Shown: positions 7,999 through 18,000 of the stretch, piece by piece
Layout: each line of letters begins with the position of its first letter
Position numbering within the stretch: position 1 is the stretch's first letter
DNA from: a virus
Lineage: Duplodnaviria > Caudoviricetes
Reading direction: 5' to 3' (one strand)
IMG/VR virus record: IMGVR_UViG_3300020043_002100
Span: 1-55,556 of that record
Length of the DNA: 55,556 nucleotides
Made by a program: the position numbers and the translations under genes
Notes under the pieces: model-generated
Told to the model about the DNA's origin: nothing
Databases searched by the model: none
What the model saw: only the letters and a program-made list of their open reading frames with translations

Positions 7999-8221
7999 CA
8001 TCACAGATTCCACAGTAGTATATGTATCAAGTAGTAACAATGCAGACTATGTAGAAGCAACACAACATGAAGACTCAGTAATGTTTATTCGTGCCAGTGT
8101 TGTTGCAGCCCTGCTATTTAAGGTTGCAACTGGTCCGTATCAAGGCCAAATCATGGAACAATGGATCACAGATGTTATGAATGATGCAGCAGATGCGTTG
8201 GTAAAGATCAACTCTAAATAG
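7991..8221 (+). CDS. Hypothetical protein
   Basis: ATG 7991 overlapping upstream stop. Confidence 0.6.
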   Translation: MTNITDSTVVYVSSSNNADYVEATQHEDSVMFIRASVVAALLFKVATGPYQGQIMEQWITDVMNDAADALVKINSK

Positions 8222-8274
8222 CCCAAAAGCTATAACTACACAATATCGTTACGAAGCTATATAGGAGCAAAGCA

Positions 8275-8553
8275 ATGAACACAGTACACATTAAACTTGT
8301 TGGTAGCTATGAAGCTGAGTGTGATGGCTACCACTTGAAAGCTCGTAACTATGTCAGCCCCATTCCCCCACTAGCACGTAAGCTGTTGCAGAATGGTTAC
8401 AACGGTAATGATGAAGTTATGGTAACTCGTGGTGACACTGTATGTTTTGCTGGGGATACGCTACAGTGGTGGGCAGAGAAACAGATTAGTGAACCTGAGA
8501 ATGATAAGCTAGCTGTACGTAAGTATAACTTTGGAGTGGTCACAGATGATTAA
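8275..8553 (+). CDS. Hypothetical protein
   Basis: 92 aa; AGGAG RBS. Confidence 0.7.
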   Translation: MNTVHIKLVGSYEAECDGYHLKARNYVSPIPPLARKLLQNGYNGNDEVMVTRGDTVCFAGDTLQWWAEKQISEPENDKLAVRKYNFGVVTDD

Positions 8554-9325
8554 CATAGCTGACATAGACATTGCAGAAGGTGCAACTAAACGCATGGACT
8601 GCCCTTCATGTAAGGGTAAGAACACCTTCACTGTGTCTAAGCTTAATGGTGTAGTTGTATATCATTGTTATAGGGCATCATGTGGTCTACGTGGAGCTTC
8701 AATGGTTGGCATGTCAGCTACAGAGATACAGGCTGTGTTACGTAGTAGGAAGGAAGCTGCCGCTAAAGAAGCTGAGCAGGAAGTACCATCTATGGAGATA
8801 CCAGTAAACTTTAGCTATGACTTGTCAGATAAGCGTGTGCAGGATTTCATTAAGCGATGGGACTTGGAAGGTACGCCTATGCTCTACGATGTTGCTGCGT
8901 GTAGAGTACACTTTGTAATTCATAGCGCAAAGGGTCGCATCATTGACACTGTAGGCAGAACGCTACGTGGTGATATACCAAAGTGGTTACGTACAAGTGG
9001 CAAAGCAGACTACTACAAAAGAGGTGATAGTAGTGTTGCTGTAGTAGTAGAAGATGCTATTAGTGCTTGTGCTGTAGCTAAGCATGTACCTAATGCTACT
9101 GGTTTCGCTCTACTTGGTACTAACTTGAATGATAAACACATTGAAGCATTACAGAAGTATGATAAGGTTGTTGTGGCTCTCGATCCAGATGCTGCACTTA
9201 AGTCGCTTGAGCTAGTGCAGAAATGCAAAAGCCGCAGCATTGAAGCTACGGCTGTGAAACTTTATGATGATATCAAGTACTTAGAAGAAGTAGACATTGT
9301 TAGGCTACGTGCTATTTGTAGTTAA
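8546..9325 (+). CDS. DNA primase (Zn finger + TOPRIM)
   Basis: CPSC...CYRASC zinc ribbon; VVVEDAISA and ALDPD TOPRIM motifs. Confidence 0.9.
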   Translation: MINIADIDIAEGATKRMDCPSCKGKNTFTVSKLNGVVVYHCYRASCGLRGASMVGMSATEIQAVLRSRKEAAAKEAEQEVPSMEIPVNFSYDLSDKRVQDFIKRWDLEGTPMLYDVAACRVHFVIHSAKGRIIDTVGRTLRGDIPKWLRTSGKADYYKRGDSSVAVVVEDAISACAVAKHVPNATGFALLGTNLNDKHIEALQKYDKVVVALDPDAALKSLELVQKCKSRSIEATAVKLYDDIKYLEEVDIVRLRAICS

Positions 9326-9444
9326 GCTTGCGGGTACGTTAGTGTAACTATAAGTTATAGCTTCAATGCTTCGCTTAAGCTCAGCATCCCTTTCCCCTCT
9401 CCTGATCCTCTCCCAGACCAAGAGTTTTTCTCTCCTCACGCGTA

Positions 9445-9472
9445 GTTTTACACAGTTTCACTTCCGAGTCAA
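9445..9472 (-). promoter_or_regulatory. Putative leftward sigma70 promoter
   Basis: TTGACT-16-TAAAAC(TAC) on minus strand, same pattern as the other three promoters. Confidence 0.45.
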
Positions 9473-9596
9473 GCAAAACATTGTATCCGACACAAAATAA
9501 GAACAATACTCTTCTTGACACCACTATTTAGGAACAGCGTCACACTCCATGTACTACACCACACCACCACTGTAGTACATCTGCAACACTACACAC

Positions 9597-9614
9597 TGTG
9601 ACATTTATATCACA
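9597..9614. promoter_or_regulatory. Palindromic operator-like site
   Basis: TGTGACATTTATATCACA; near-copy at 44196-44213. Confidence 0.5.
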
Positions 9615-9674
9615 CTAGCCACCAGCAGCAGCTTTATGCTATAACTGCACACACAGAAACGAAGGAGCAACCAC

Positions 9675-9959
9675 TTGACACAGCAACCTATCGACAACGC
9701 CACAGAGATTCGCAATCGCATTCTGCTATCCGTTGCAGCTTATGCGTATGAGTTTGAAGACACCAGCATCATCAGTGACGCAGAGTTTGACGAGCTAAGT
9801 AAACGCATCAATCCACAGCATAAGACGGGCAACACAATGCTTGACATTTTCTTTGCAGAAGAGTTTAGTGTTGACACTGGTATGTGGATACGCAAGCATC
9901 CTGAGATTCTTAAGTTGAAACACATCTACGACACTGTGTACAAAGGAGAACAACAATGA
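9675..9959 (+). CDS. Stand-alone NAD-dependent DNA ligase subdomain Ia-like protein
   Basis: AAYAYEFEDTSIISDAEFDEL matches LigA Ia YY..D...ISDAEYD; no adenylation domain; TTG start after GAAGGAG. Confidence 0.7.
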   Translation: MTQQPIDNATEIRNRILLSVAAYAYEFEDTSIISDAEFDELSKRINPQHKTGNTMLDIFFAEEFSVDTGMWIRKHPEILKLKHIYDTVYKGEQQ

Positions 9960-10210
9960 GTGCATCAACCGAAGGAACGCCTGCTTGGATGTTACGCTTG
10001 GAGCAAGCACAATTCCAGCTTAAACGTGAAAACTACATCACTTGGCTGTTGACTAAAGGTGAATACTATGGCATTCCAGACTACGTGATCAAGTCTCAGC
10101 TTGAAGCCAATGGTTTTGTAGCTGAACGTGACGTGGTACAAGAAGCAGAAGAGTTGCAACCACCGCAGGAAGAAGTTAAGCGTAAAGCTGGACGCCCACG
10201 TAAACAATAA
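9956..10210 (+). CDS. Hypothetical protein
   Basis: 84 aa; C-terminal KRKAGRPRK AT-hook-like tail. Confidence 0.7.
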   Translation: MSASTEGTPAWMLRLEQAQFQLKRENYITWLLTKGEYYGIPDYVIKSQLEANGFVAERDVVQEAEELQPPQEEVKRKAGRPRKQ

Positions 10211-10220
10211 GGAGTAACAC

Positions 10221-11027
10221 ATGCCAGATGAACAAATCAAAGCTACATATGAACATCATTGTGGATCAGATTTAACGTGTGCCAATGCTGCACGTGTTAG
10301 CTTCGGTAAGCGTAGTAGCATGGTTGAAGATGAACATGGTGTGTGGCGTCTCAAGGAAGGTGATAAGCGTCTAATTCAGTTTCTAGCTAGGGGATACACT
10401 GTTGACGACTATACAGAAGCTATGACTCAATTTATTACACTTGGAAATAGTGTGTATAATGGATGGGACTTTGCAAAAGATGAACTAGAGACTATGCTGT
10501 GGCAGTTTCGTGATAAAGGTGAACACAAGTCACCATTTAACCACTGCTTTGCTACCTTCGTAGTTGATGCACCACTCTATGTTGCCCGCCAACTTGTAAA
10601 GCATGAGTATATGCCTTGGAATGAAATGTCAGGTCGCTACATTGAGCTTGACAACATGTTTACGCCCAGCGCATTCCGTTCTAAGGTTCGTGACAAGAAG
10701 CAAGGCTCTGGTGCTAACATTAAAGATGAAGATCACTTTGCACTTAAGGCTTTGTTTACAGAACACAATCACGATTCGTACAAAGCGTACAAAGATGCTA
10801 TTGCTTGGGGTCTGTGTGAAGAGCAGGCACGAGGGTTGCTGCCACTAAACACTATGACTACTTGGTGGTGGAGTGGTACGCTTGGAGCATTCGCTAAGAT
10901 GTGTCGCTTGCGCTTGGCACCTGATGCACAGTATGAGTCTCGACTTGTAGCGCAGCAAATTAGCAACAAGATGCAGGAACTTTACCCTGTAGCATGGTCT
11001 AGTCTTGTGTTGAGGGAGTTTAACTGA
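10221..11027 (+). CDS. thyX: Flavin-dependent thymidylate synthase
   Basis: NAARVSF, HKSPF, ARQLVKH, NEMSGRY, EQARGLLP, AQYE motifs. Confidence 0.95.
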   Translation: MPDEQIKATYEHHCGSDLTCANAARVSFGKRSSMVEDEHGVWRLKEGDKRLIQFLARGYTVDDYTEAMTQFITLGNSVYNGWDFAKDELETMLWQFRDKGEHKSPFNHCFATFVVDAPLYVARQLVKHEYMPWNEMSGRYIELDNMFTPSAFRSKVRDKKQGSGANIKDEDHFALKALFTEHNHDSYKAYKDAIAWGLCEEQARGLLPLNTMTTWWWSGTLGAFAKMCRLRLAPDAQYESRLVAQQISNKMQELYPVAWSSLVLREFN

Positions 11028-11028
11028 T

Positions 11029-11265
11029 ATGAGTGACGCACAAGTTACAGATATGGTAGTGCTTAGTGTGGCACAATTGCAACACCTTAACGCTTTGTTT
11101 GCACAGAACCCAGAAGCAACTCATGTAAACATTTGTGAGAAGGAGGATAAAGACGGCAACTATTGTGCAACTACGGCCAAGATTGGCTTCACAGAAACAA
11201 ACAAGAAAGGCAAAAACACTGTGCGTTACCTTGAAGAAGTACGGCTATTTACTGATGTGGAATAA
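11029..11265 (+). CDS. Hypothetical protein
   Basis: 78 aa ORF. Confidence 0.65.
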   Translation: MSDAQVTDMVVLSVAQLQHLNALFAQNPEATHVNICEKEDKDGNYCATTAKIGFTETNKKGKNTVRYLEEVRLFTDVE

Positions 11266-11380
11266 CAAATGCTGACACTTATTGGACTAAGCGTTGTAGC
11301 TCTAGCTATTGGCGTAGGCGTAGACAAGATTATCAAAGTAGCATCGCAGAAAGTTGATGCACACAAAAAGGAGAACGAGA

Positions 11381-12241
11381 ATGAGTAATGGTGTTGTTGG
11401 GGCTGCAGTCGGTGCAGTAATCGCAGCTATCGTGGGTATCACTGTGTTGGGTGGTAGCTGGTACACTGTGGATGCAGGCTATCGTGGTGTTATCACTCGC
11501 AATGGTGCTTTGGTTGGCACTGCTGAGCCGGGTCTTGGCTTCAAGATGCCGCTGATTGATGGTGTACGAGATATTAGTGTTCAGTCACAGAGCCGTGATT
11601 ACGTTGAAGTCTCTTCTTACTCCAAGGATCAACAGACTGCACTTCTTGCTATGACTATTAACTACCGCATCCCTGCTGACAAAGTTGAAGAAGTGTATGT
11701 GGAGTATGGTAGTGAAGATGCCATGCTGTCGCGTTTGCTTGATCCCAAAGTATACTCTGTAGCTAAGACTGTGTTTGGTAAGTACAATGCAGTCGCTGCT
11801 ATTCAGGAACGCTCCCGCTTGGTGTCAGACATTCAAACAGCAATCACGGACAGCGTTAATGGGCCAATCATCGTTGAGTCTGTGCAGCTTACTAACATCG
11901 ACTTTGATATTGTGTACGAGAAAGCAATTCAAGATCGTATGACTGCAGAAGTAGAAGTGCAGCGGCTGCAACAGAATGCTGAACGTGAGAAGGTTCAAGC
12001 ACAGATTGTTGTGACTCAAGCACAAGCACAAGCTGATGCACAACTTGCTGCTGCTAAAGCTAAGGCTGAATCGTTGACGCTGCTTGGTAACGCAGAAGCT
12101 GATGCCATTCGTGCTAAGGGTGCAGCATTGCGTGATAACCCTGCACTTGTTGATCTGACTAAAGCTGAACGCTGGAATGGTGTGTTGCCTGTGACTATGT
12201 TGCCTAACACTGCAGTACCTTTCATTGAGGCTAATAAGTGA
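11381..12241 (+). CDS. SPFH/Band 7 (prohibitin-like) membrane protein
   Basis: N-terminal TM; YTVDAGYRGV, EPGLGFKMP, SKDQQ, Ala/Gln coiled coil, W(N)GVLP end. Confidence 0.9.
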   Translation: MSNGVVGAAVGAVIAAIVGITVLGGSWYTVDAGYRGVITRNGALVGTAEPGLGFKMPLIDGVRDISVQSQSRDYVEVSSYSKDQQTALLAMTINYRIPADKVEEVYVEYGSEDAMLSRLLDPKVYSVAKTVFGKYNAVAAIQERSRLVSDIQTAITDSVNGPIIVESVQLTNIDFDIVYEKAIQDRMTAEVEVQRLQQNAEREKVQAQIVVTQAQAQADAQLAAAKAKAESLTLLGNAEADAIRAKGAALRDNPALVDLTKAERWNGVLPVTMLPNTAVPFIEANK

Positions 12242-12398
12242 CAAATAAGTACCTGCATCTAGTTAATGCTGTACAAGCTATGGAGAGAGTGCTGCATCAC
12301 ACAGCCTCTCTACCAAGTGTAGACGATAGAGACATTTACTATGAAGCTATCAAGCTATATGATAAGCTTCGACACCTTAAACGAGAAGAGGAAGACAA

Positions 12399-14648
12399 GT
12401 GAGCAATGAACTGGCGCTGATCCGTACGCTACAACAAAAAGACTTCTACGATACACACAAAGGCATTCGTTGCCCCGACACACTGTTTAGCAAAGACATT
12501 CGTAAGATTAAGCAGACGCTAGACTACGCAATGAAGACGTTTGAACGTGACGTTACTGTAGCTGAACTTGAGGCGCTATTCTTTGCTCACAACAGTAGCC
12601 TCACCACTGCTACACGATTGGTATATCTTGATCTGTTTTCTAAGCTCAAGAAAGAGCATCCGATGCACGGACAGATCGCAGAAGAAGTTATGTCTAGACT
12701 GTTTCAACAGGTAGTTGGTGAACAGGTTGCATCTATTGGCTTCGATTATGTGAATGGCACAGAGACTAGCCTAGAGCCTCTGCGTCAACTCATTGACTTC
12801 TACGGTGACGACTTCCTGCCAGACATTAAGATTGATTGGGAAGACATGACTATTGATCACCTACTTAAGATGAATGGCCTTGAAGCACAGTGGAAGTTTA
12901 ATATTCCGTCTCTGCGTAGGCGTATTGAGGGTGTTAATGGTGGGCATCTAGTGATGTGCGGTGCTCGTCCTAATGTCGGAAAGTGTCTGCGTAAAGGTAC
13001 TAAAGTTATTATGGCAGATACTACTCTTAAAAAGGTAGAAGACCTCGTTGTAGGAGATATTTTGCATGGGGTAGGTTCATCCAAAGTAGCGGTTACGGCT
13101 CTTGGTAATGGCGTAGAAGAGCATTATAGAATTACTCTACGGGATGGAAGCTTCTTTGAGTGTAATGCTTCTCATATCCTTAGTCTTAAGCGCAGCAAAG
13201 AAGAAGGTAAACATAAGCACGGAGATATCCTAAATGTATCCGTATCCGAATATCTGCAGTGGCCACCTAGCAGAAAGACTCGCTACTCTGCATGGAGACA
13301 ACCTACTGCAGGTACAGAGCAGAAGCTTCCTATGCACCCTTATCTACTTGGTGCATGGTTAGGAGACGGTACCTCTTCAAAGGCGCAGTACACTATCGCA
13401 GAGAAGGAGCTAGCTACAGTAATAGACACTCTGGTACAAAACAACTATAGTAACTTACACCTAAAGGATGCAGAGTATGATAAGCTTGCATGGGATGTAG
13501 TAGGAAAGGGTACTAAATGTGACAGATTTAGCAATAGAAATGGCTTTGTTGAAGCGCTTCGTAGTATGAATGTTATAGATAATAAGCACATCCCAGAACA
13601 ATACTTCGCAGCTACCTTTGACCAGCGTGTTCAGCTTCTGTGTGGTCTACTAGACACAGATGGATACTATAAGAATGGTATCTATGAAATAACGCAGAAG
13701 AATGAAACACTAGCGACTGGTATAATTAGACTGGCGCATTCACTAGGCATGGCAGCTTCTATTAAAATCAGCAATAAAGCTTCTCAAAACGGTACTTGGG
13801 GTGTATACCAACGTATGCGTATTAGCCCCGGAAAAGTAGAAGTTCCGTGTGTACTGACACGTAAGCGTCATGTCCCAAACGCTAAAACTAGGGACTCCTC
13901 AATGCAGTGTTTTACTGTAAAGGCTGTTGGTAAGCAGGAATATTACGGATTTACGTTGGATGGAAACAACCTGTTTATGGTAGAAAATAACATTGTAACC
14001 CATAACACAAGCTTCCACGCTTCACTTATTGCTGCTGCTGGTGGCTTTGCACATCAAGGAGCTAAATGCTTTGTGTTGTGTAACGAAGAAGCTGCACACC
14101 GTGTTGGTGCTAGATATCTTACTGCTGCATCCAACATGACTATGGAAGAAATCAAAGAGAACCCTGCACTAGCAGCATCACGTTATGCCAAGATCAAAGA
14201 CAATGTGCGACTAAAAGATTGCACGGGTCGTGACTTGTCTTGGGTTGAATCTCTGGTTAAGACTGAACGTCCTGACATTCTTGTGCTAGATATGGGTGAC
14301 AAATTTGCAGCACGTAGCAGCGACAAGTCTGATGTGTACTTGAAAGATGCAGCTATCTATGCTAGAAACATTGGCAAGGAGTATGGCTGTGCTATCTTCT
14401 GGATGAGTCAGCTTAGTGCAGATGCGGAAGGCAAAGTCATGGTCAACATGTCTATGATGGAAGGATCAAAGACAGGTAAAGCTGCCGAGTCTGACTTGAT
14501 GCTACTGCTTAGCAAGAACCAAGTAGTTGAAGGCTCAGAAGATGAAGACACGCAGCGTCACATCAACATTGCAAAGAACAAGCTTAGCGGATGGCACGGC
14601 ATTGTACACTGTGAGCTAGACGGAGCACGAGCAATTTATCAAGCATAA
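12399..14648 (+). CDS. SF4/DnaB-like replicative helicase containing an intein
   Basis: Walker A GARPNVGK|T split by intein; ILVLD, MSQLS, IAKNK motifs; mature protein about 408 aa. Confidence 0.93.
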   Translation: MSNELALIRTLQQKDFYDTHKGIRCPDTLFSKDIRKIKQTLDYAMKTFERDVTVAELEALFFAHNSSLTTATRLVYLDLFSKLKKEHPMHGQIAEEVMSRLFQQVVGEQVASIGFDYVNGTETSLEPLRQLIDFYGDDFLPDIKIDWEDMTIDHLLKMNGLEAQWKFNIPSLRRRIEGVNGGHLVMCGARPNVGKCLRKGTKVIMADTTLKKVEDLVVGDILHGVGSSKVAVTALGNGVEEHYRITLRDGSFFECNASHILSLKRSKEEGKHKHGDILNVSVSEYLQWPPSRKTRYSAWRQPTAGTEQKLPMHPYLLGAWLGDGTSSKAQYTIAEKELATVIDTLVQNNYSNLHLKDAEYDKLAWDVVGKGTKCDRFSNRNGFVEALRSMNVIDNKHIPEQYFAATFDQRVQLLCGLLDTDGYYKNGIYEITQKNETLATGIIRLAHSLGMAASIKISNKASQNGTWGVYQRMRISPGKVEVPCVLTRKRHVPNAKTRDSSMQCFTVKAVGKQEYYGFTLDGNNLFMVENNIVTHNTSFHASLIAAAGGFAHQGAKCFVLCNEEAAHRVGARYLTAASNMTMEEIKENPALAASRYAKIKDNVRLKDCTGRDLSWVESLVKTERPDILVLDMGDKFAARSSDKSDVYLKDAAIYARNIGKEYGCAIFWMSQLSADAEGKVMVNMSMMEGSKTGKAAESDLMLLLSKNQVVEGSEDEDTQRHINIAKNKLSGWHGIVHCELDGARAIYQA
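12984..14006 (+). mobile_element. Intein (341 aa) with LAGLIDADG endonuclease in helicase P-loop
   Basis: Starts CLRKGTKV, ends IVTHN|T; LLGAWLGDG and LLCGLLDTDG blocks. Confidence 0.95.
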
Positions 14649-14660
14649 GGAGAACAACTA

Positions 14661-14858
14661 ATGGCTACTGTTAAAATTACCTACAAACCGGGGGAATATA
14701 CCTGTGGTGATGGCTGCTGCACTAGTTTGGGAGTAGACGCTACCGTTACTGTTGGAGCATTCACGTACAACATTGAAGCGGGGGATGAAGAAGGTGTGCT
14801 TCGTGACTTCATTGAGAAACACTACGGTGATGCTGTTGTGACTGATTATGAGTATTAA
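14661..14858 (+). CDS. Hypothetical protein
   Basis: 65 aa; YTCGDGCC motif; AAGGAG RBS. Confidence 0.7.
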   Translation: MATVKITYKPGEYTCGDGCCTSLGVDATVTVGAFTYNIEAGDEEGVLRDFIEKHYGDAVVTDYEY

Positions 14859-15042
14859 GAAGAGGATGAAGATTATGAAGCCACGCTATGAAGACCCTAA
14901 GTGGGCAGTAGTAGTTTATGCACCTGATTGGGAAGATGATCTTGCTGTAGAAACACCCAATGCAGAGTTTAACCATTACATTAGCGGTAAAGCTTTGTAT
15001 GAGTGGCTCAAAGATATCTACGAGGAAAAGCAGAAGGAGTAA
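14848..15042 (+). CDS. Hypothetical protein
   Basis: 64 aa ORF; exact start uncertain. Confidence 0.6.
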   Translation: MSIKKRMKIMKPRYEDPKWAVVVYAPDWEDDLAVETPNAEFNHYISGKALYEWLKDIYEEKQKE

Positions 15043-15044
15043 CA

Positions 15045-18000
15045 ATGACTGAGTATATTCTAGACGTTGAGAATAGTACCACTACACACCACGACAAGCT
15101 GCACCTTGATCCATTTGAAGCAGCTAACACTCTGACTATGGTTGGTATGCAACGTGTAGATGATGCTAGGAAGTTGATGCTTCCATTTGACCACGAAGAA
15201 GCACAAGACACCACAGGTGCTAACCACAAGCGTATTCAAGCTGCACTAGATAAGTGTACACTACTAATTGGTCACAACCTTAACCATGACTTGATGTGGC
15301 TGTGGGAAAGTGGCTTCAAGTATGATGGCCCTGTGTATGACACAATGCTTGGTGAATATCTGCTGCTACGTGGCTTAGACGAACCGCTGTCACTTGAAGC
15401 TTGTGCTATTAGACGTAAGCTACCTGTGCAGAAACAAGATACACTTAAGGCACACTTCAACTCAGGTGGCACCACTAGAAACATGCCACTAACAGAGCTT
15501 ACAGAGTACCTTAGCTTTGACCTTGGCACCACTAGGGAGCTATACCTAGCGCAGCTAAAAGACTACAACAGAGAAGACTCCAAATCACTTATACCAGTGC
15601 GTACTACAACTATGCAAACATGTGTTGTGTTGACACGAATGTATTGTAACGGTTTTGCAGTTGATCGTGAAGCATTGGCAGAAGTTAAGCTTGAGTTTGA
15701 GACAGAGCTAGCACAGATAGAAGAACGTCTGTATAAGCAAGTGCGGATACTTATGGGAGACACTCCTGTTAACCTCAACAGTCCAGAACAAATGTCTCAA
15801 GTTGTGTTTAGTTGTGCATTAAATAACAAGAAGGAGTGGGTGCCACTATTTGAGCACACTAAGACAGATGCTGAGTTTAAGGCTGCAGTTAAAGCTAACA
15901 CAAAGCCTCTGTTTAAGACTGTGGCATATCAGTGTCCTGTGTGTGAGGGCAGGAAGTATGTACACAAGATTAAAGCTAATGGGCAACCATATGCTAAACC
16001 CAATAAGTGCAAAGAGTGTGATGCCAATGGCTTCTTGCTTCGTAACACAAAAGAGTTGGCTGGGCTTCGCTTCTCAGCACCAAACAAAGATTGGGTTTCA
16101 GCTAACGGCTTCTCCACAGCTAAAGATAATCTGTCTACACTAATCGTTGTGGCTAAGCAAAACAAGATGGATGAAGCGGAACAGTTTCTGCTTGATCTGC
16201 AGCGCATGAGTGCTGTGTCTAGCTATCTCTCTAGCTTCGTAGGTGGCATTGAAGCTTACACCAAAGCTGATGGGCTACTACACGTAGGTCTTACACAACA
16301 CATTACTGCAACGGGTCGCTTTAGTGGCCGTAACCCTTAACAATATCAGGGGTTAATAAACTCTGTGAACTCAGGGGAAGCCTAGAACAGGTAATCCTGA
16401 GCCAAGCTTTAGCAGTATACTGCTTTAGAAGGTGCAACGACTATCCAGCAATGGAGTACACTCAAGTGAGTGGAAGCGCAGAGTATCGTGTGTAACATCA
16501 CGGTAATGATATAGTCTCCTCTACATAGGGATATGTAGCAGCTAAGTAGCGGGCTAGAGTTAACGACTCTAGTTGAAGATAAAAGAATATGCAGAACATG
16601 CCACGAGGAGGTACATTTCCAGTCAAGAAAGCGTTTAAGTCGCGCTGGGCTGGTGGTAAAGTTATGGAAGCTGACTTTGCACAGCTAGAGTTTCGTGTTG
16701 CTGCTTATTTGGCACAAGACGAATTGGCTATGGAAGAAGTGCGTACAGGCTTCGACGTTCACAGTTACACAGCAAAGGTTATCACAGATGCAGGAGAAGA
16801 CACTACACGACAAAACGCTAAAGCCCACTGTGTAACTATGGATGCAGAGGCACTAACTAATCGTGGTTGGAAAAAGTACCATGAGCTTAGTGTTGGTGAC
16901 TTGGTGTTGACGTATAACCAAGCTAAAGATGAAAACGAGTGGAAGCCTATTCTGGAGCTTGCACACTTCAATGATGAGGAGGTATGGACATATGGACACG
17001 CACACTGGAAAGTAACAACTACTCCTAATCATAGGTGGTACGGAAAGCGACGCACTGGTAGGGGCGCTAAGCGGTACTTTATAGATGAGGTGTTTACAGC
17101 AGATGCTATCACTACGGAGCATTCAATTACCTGTGCAGCACCTTGCTACTACGAAGGCACACTTCCACTTACAGCTAAAGAAGCTGCTATTCTTGGGTGG
17201 GTACTTTCTGATGGTACTCATAGATGGAGCAAACTTAGTGGCGCTACTTCACAAGGCAGTGACGGTCGTAGGCAAGGTTGCAGCGCATCTATTCTGCAGA
17301 AGAAGCAAAGGTATGTAGATGAACTTAATGTGCTACTTGAAGGTTACTACACAAAGATTAACCTAAGAGAAGACGGATGCTACGAGTGGATGCTTAAAGC
17401 AGAAGCTTTCCGTGATATCTGGAAGAAGGCACAACTTGACACAGAAGAGCCTGACTACGTGAATACGGTTATCAATATGTCTGTTGCAGCTAGAGAAGCT
17501 TTCCTTGACGCTTTCATTAAAGCAGAAGGACACAAGCGAGAACAGGGTCAGTGGCGCATATCGCAAAACCAAGGACCAGAAGCAGAAGCTATTCGTGTAG
17601 CTGCTACATTGTGTGGTTATGATACTCGTGTGTCTACTCGTATTAACTACACAGGAAAGCTGCATGATGTTTATACTTTGCGTACACGTAGACACAATGG
17701 CTGCATTAAGTTTGAAGTGTCAGAAAAGCGTGTAGCTGATGTGTGGTGTCCTCGTACAGAGAATGGTACGTGGGTTATGCGACAAGGCAAAGTCGTAACT
17801 ATTACCGGAAATACGTTCGCACCTCTGTATGGCGCTACGGGCCACGGTAGAACGGCTGCTCAAGCTGCTTACTACCACCACTTCATTGAGAAATACGTTG
17901 GCATTGCTGCGTGGCATAAGAAACTTGGTGATGAAGCTGTTAGGTTTGAAAAGATCACCATTCCAAGTGGTAGACAATATGCTTTCCCCAACACGGTACG

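Noticed and set aside
16338-16588. Stop codon and gap in polA read as a pseudogene or naturally split polymerase
   Set aside because: A complete group I core is present, and its removal restores the conserved PNxQNxP motif in frame.
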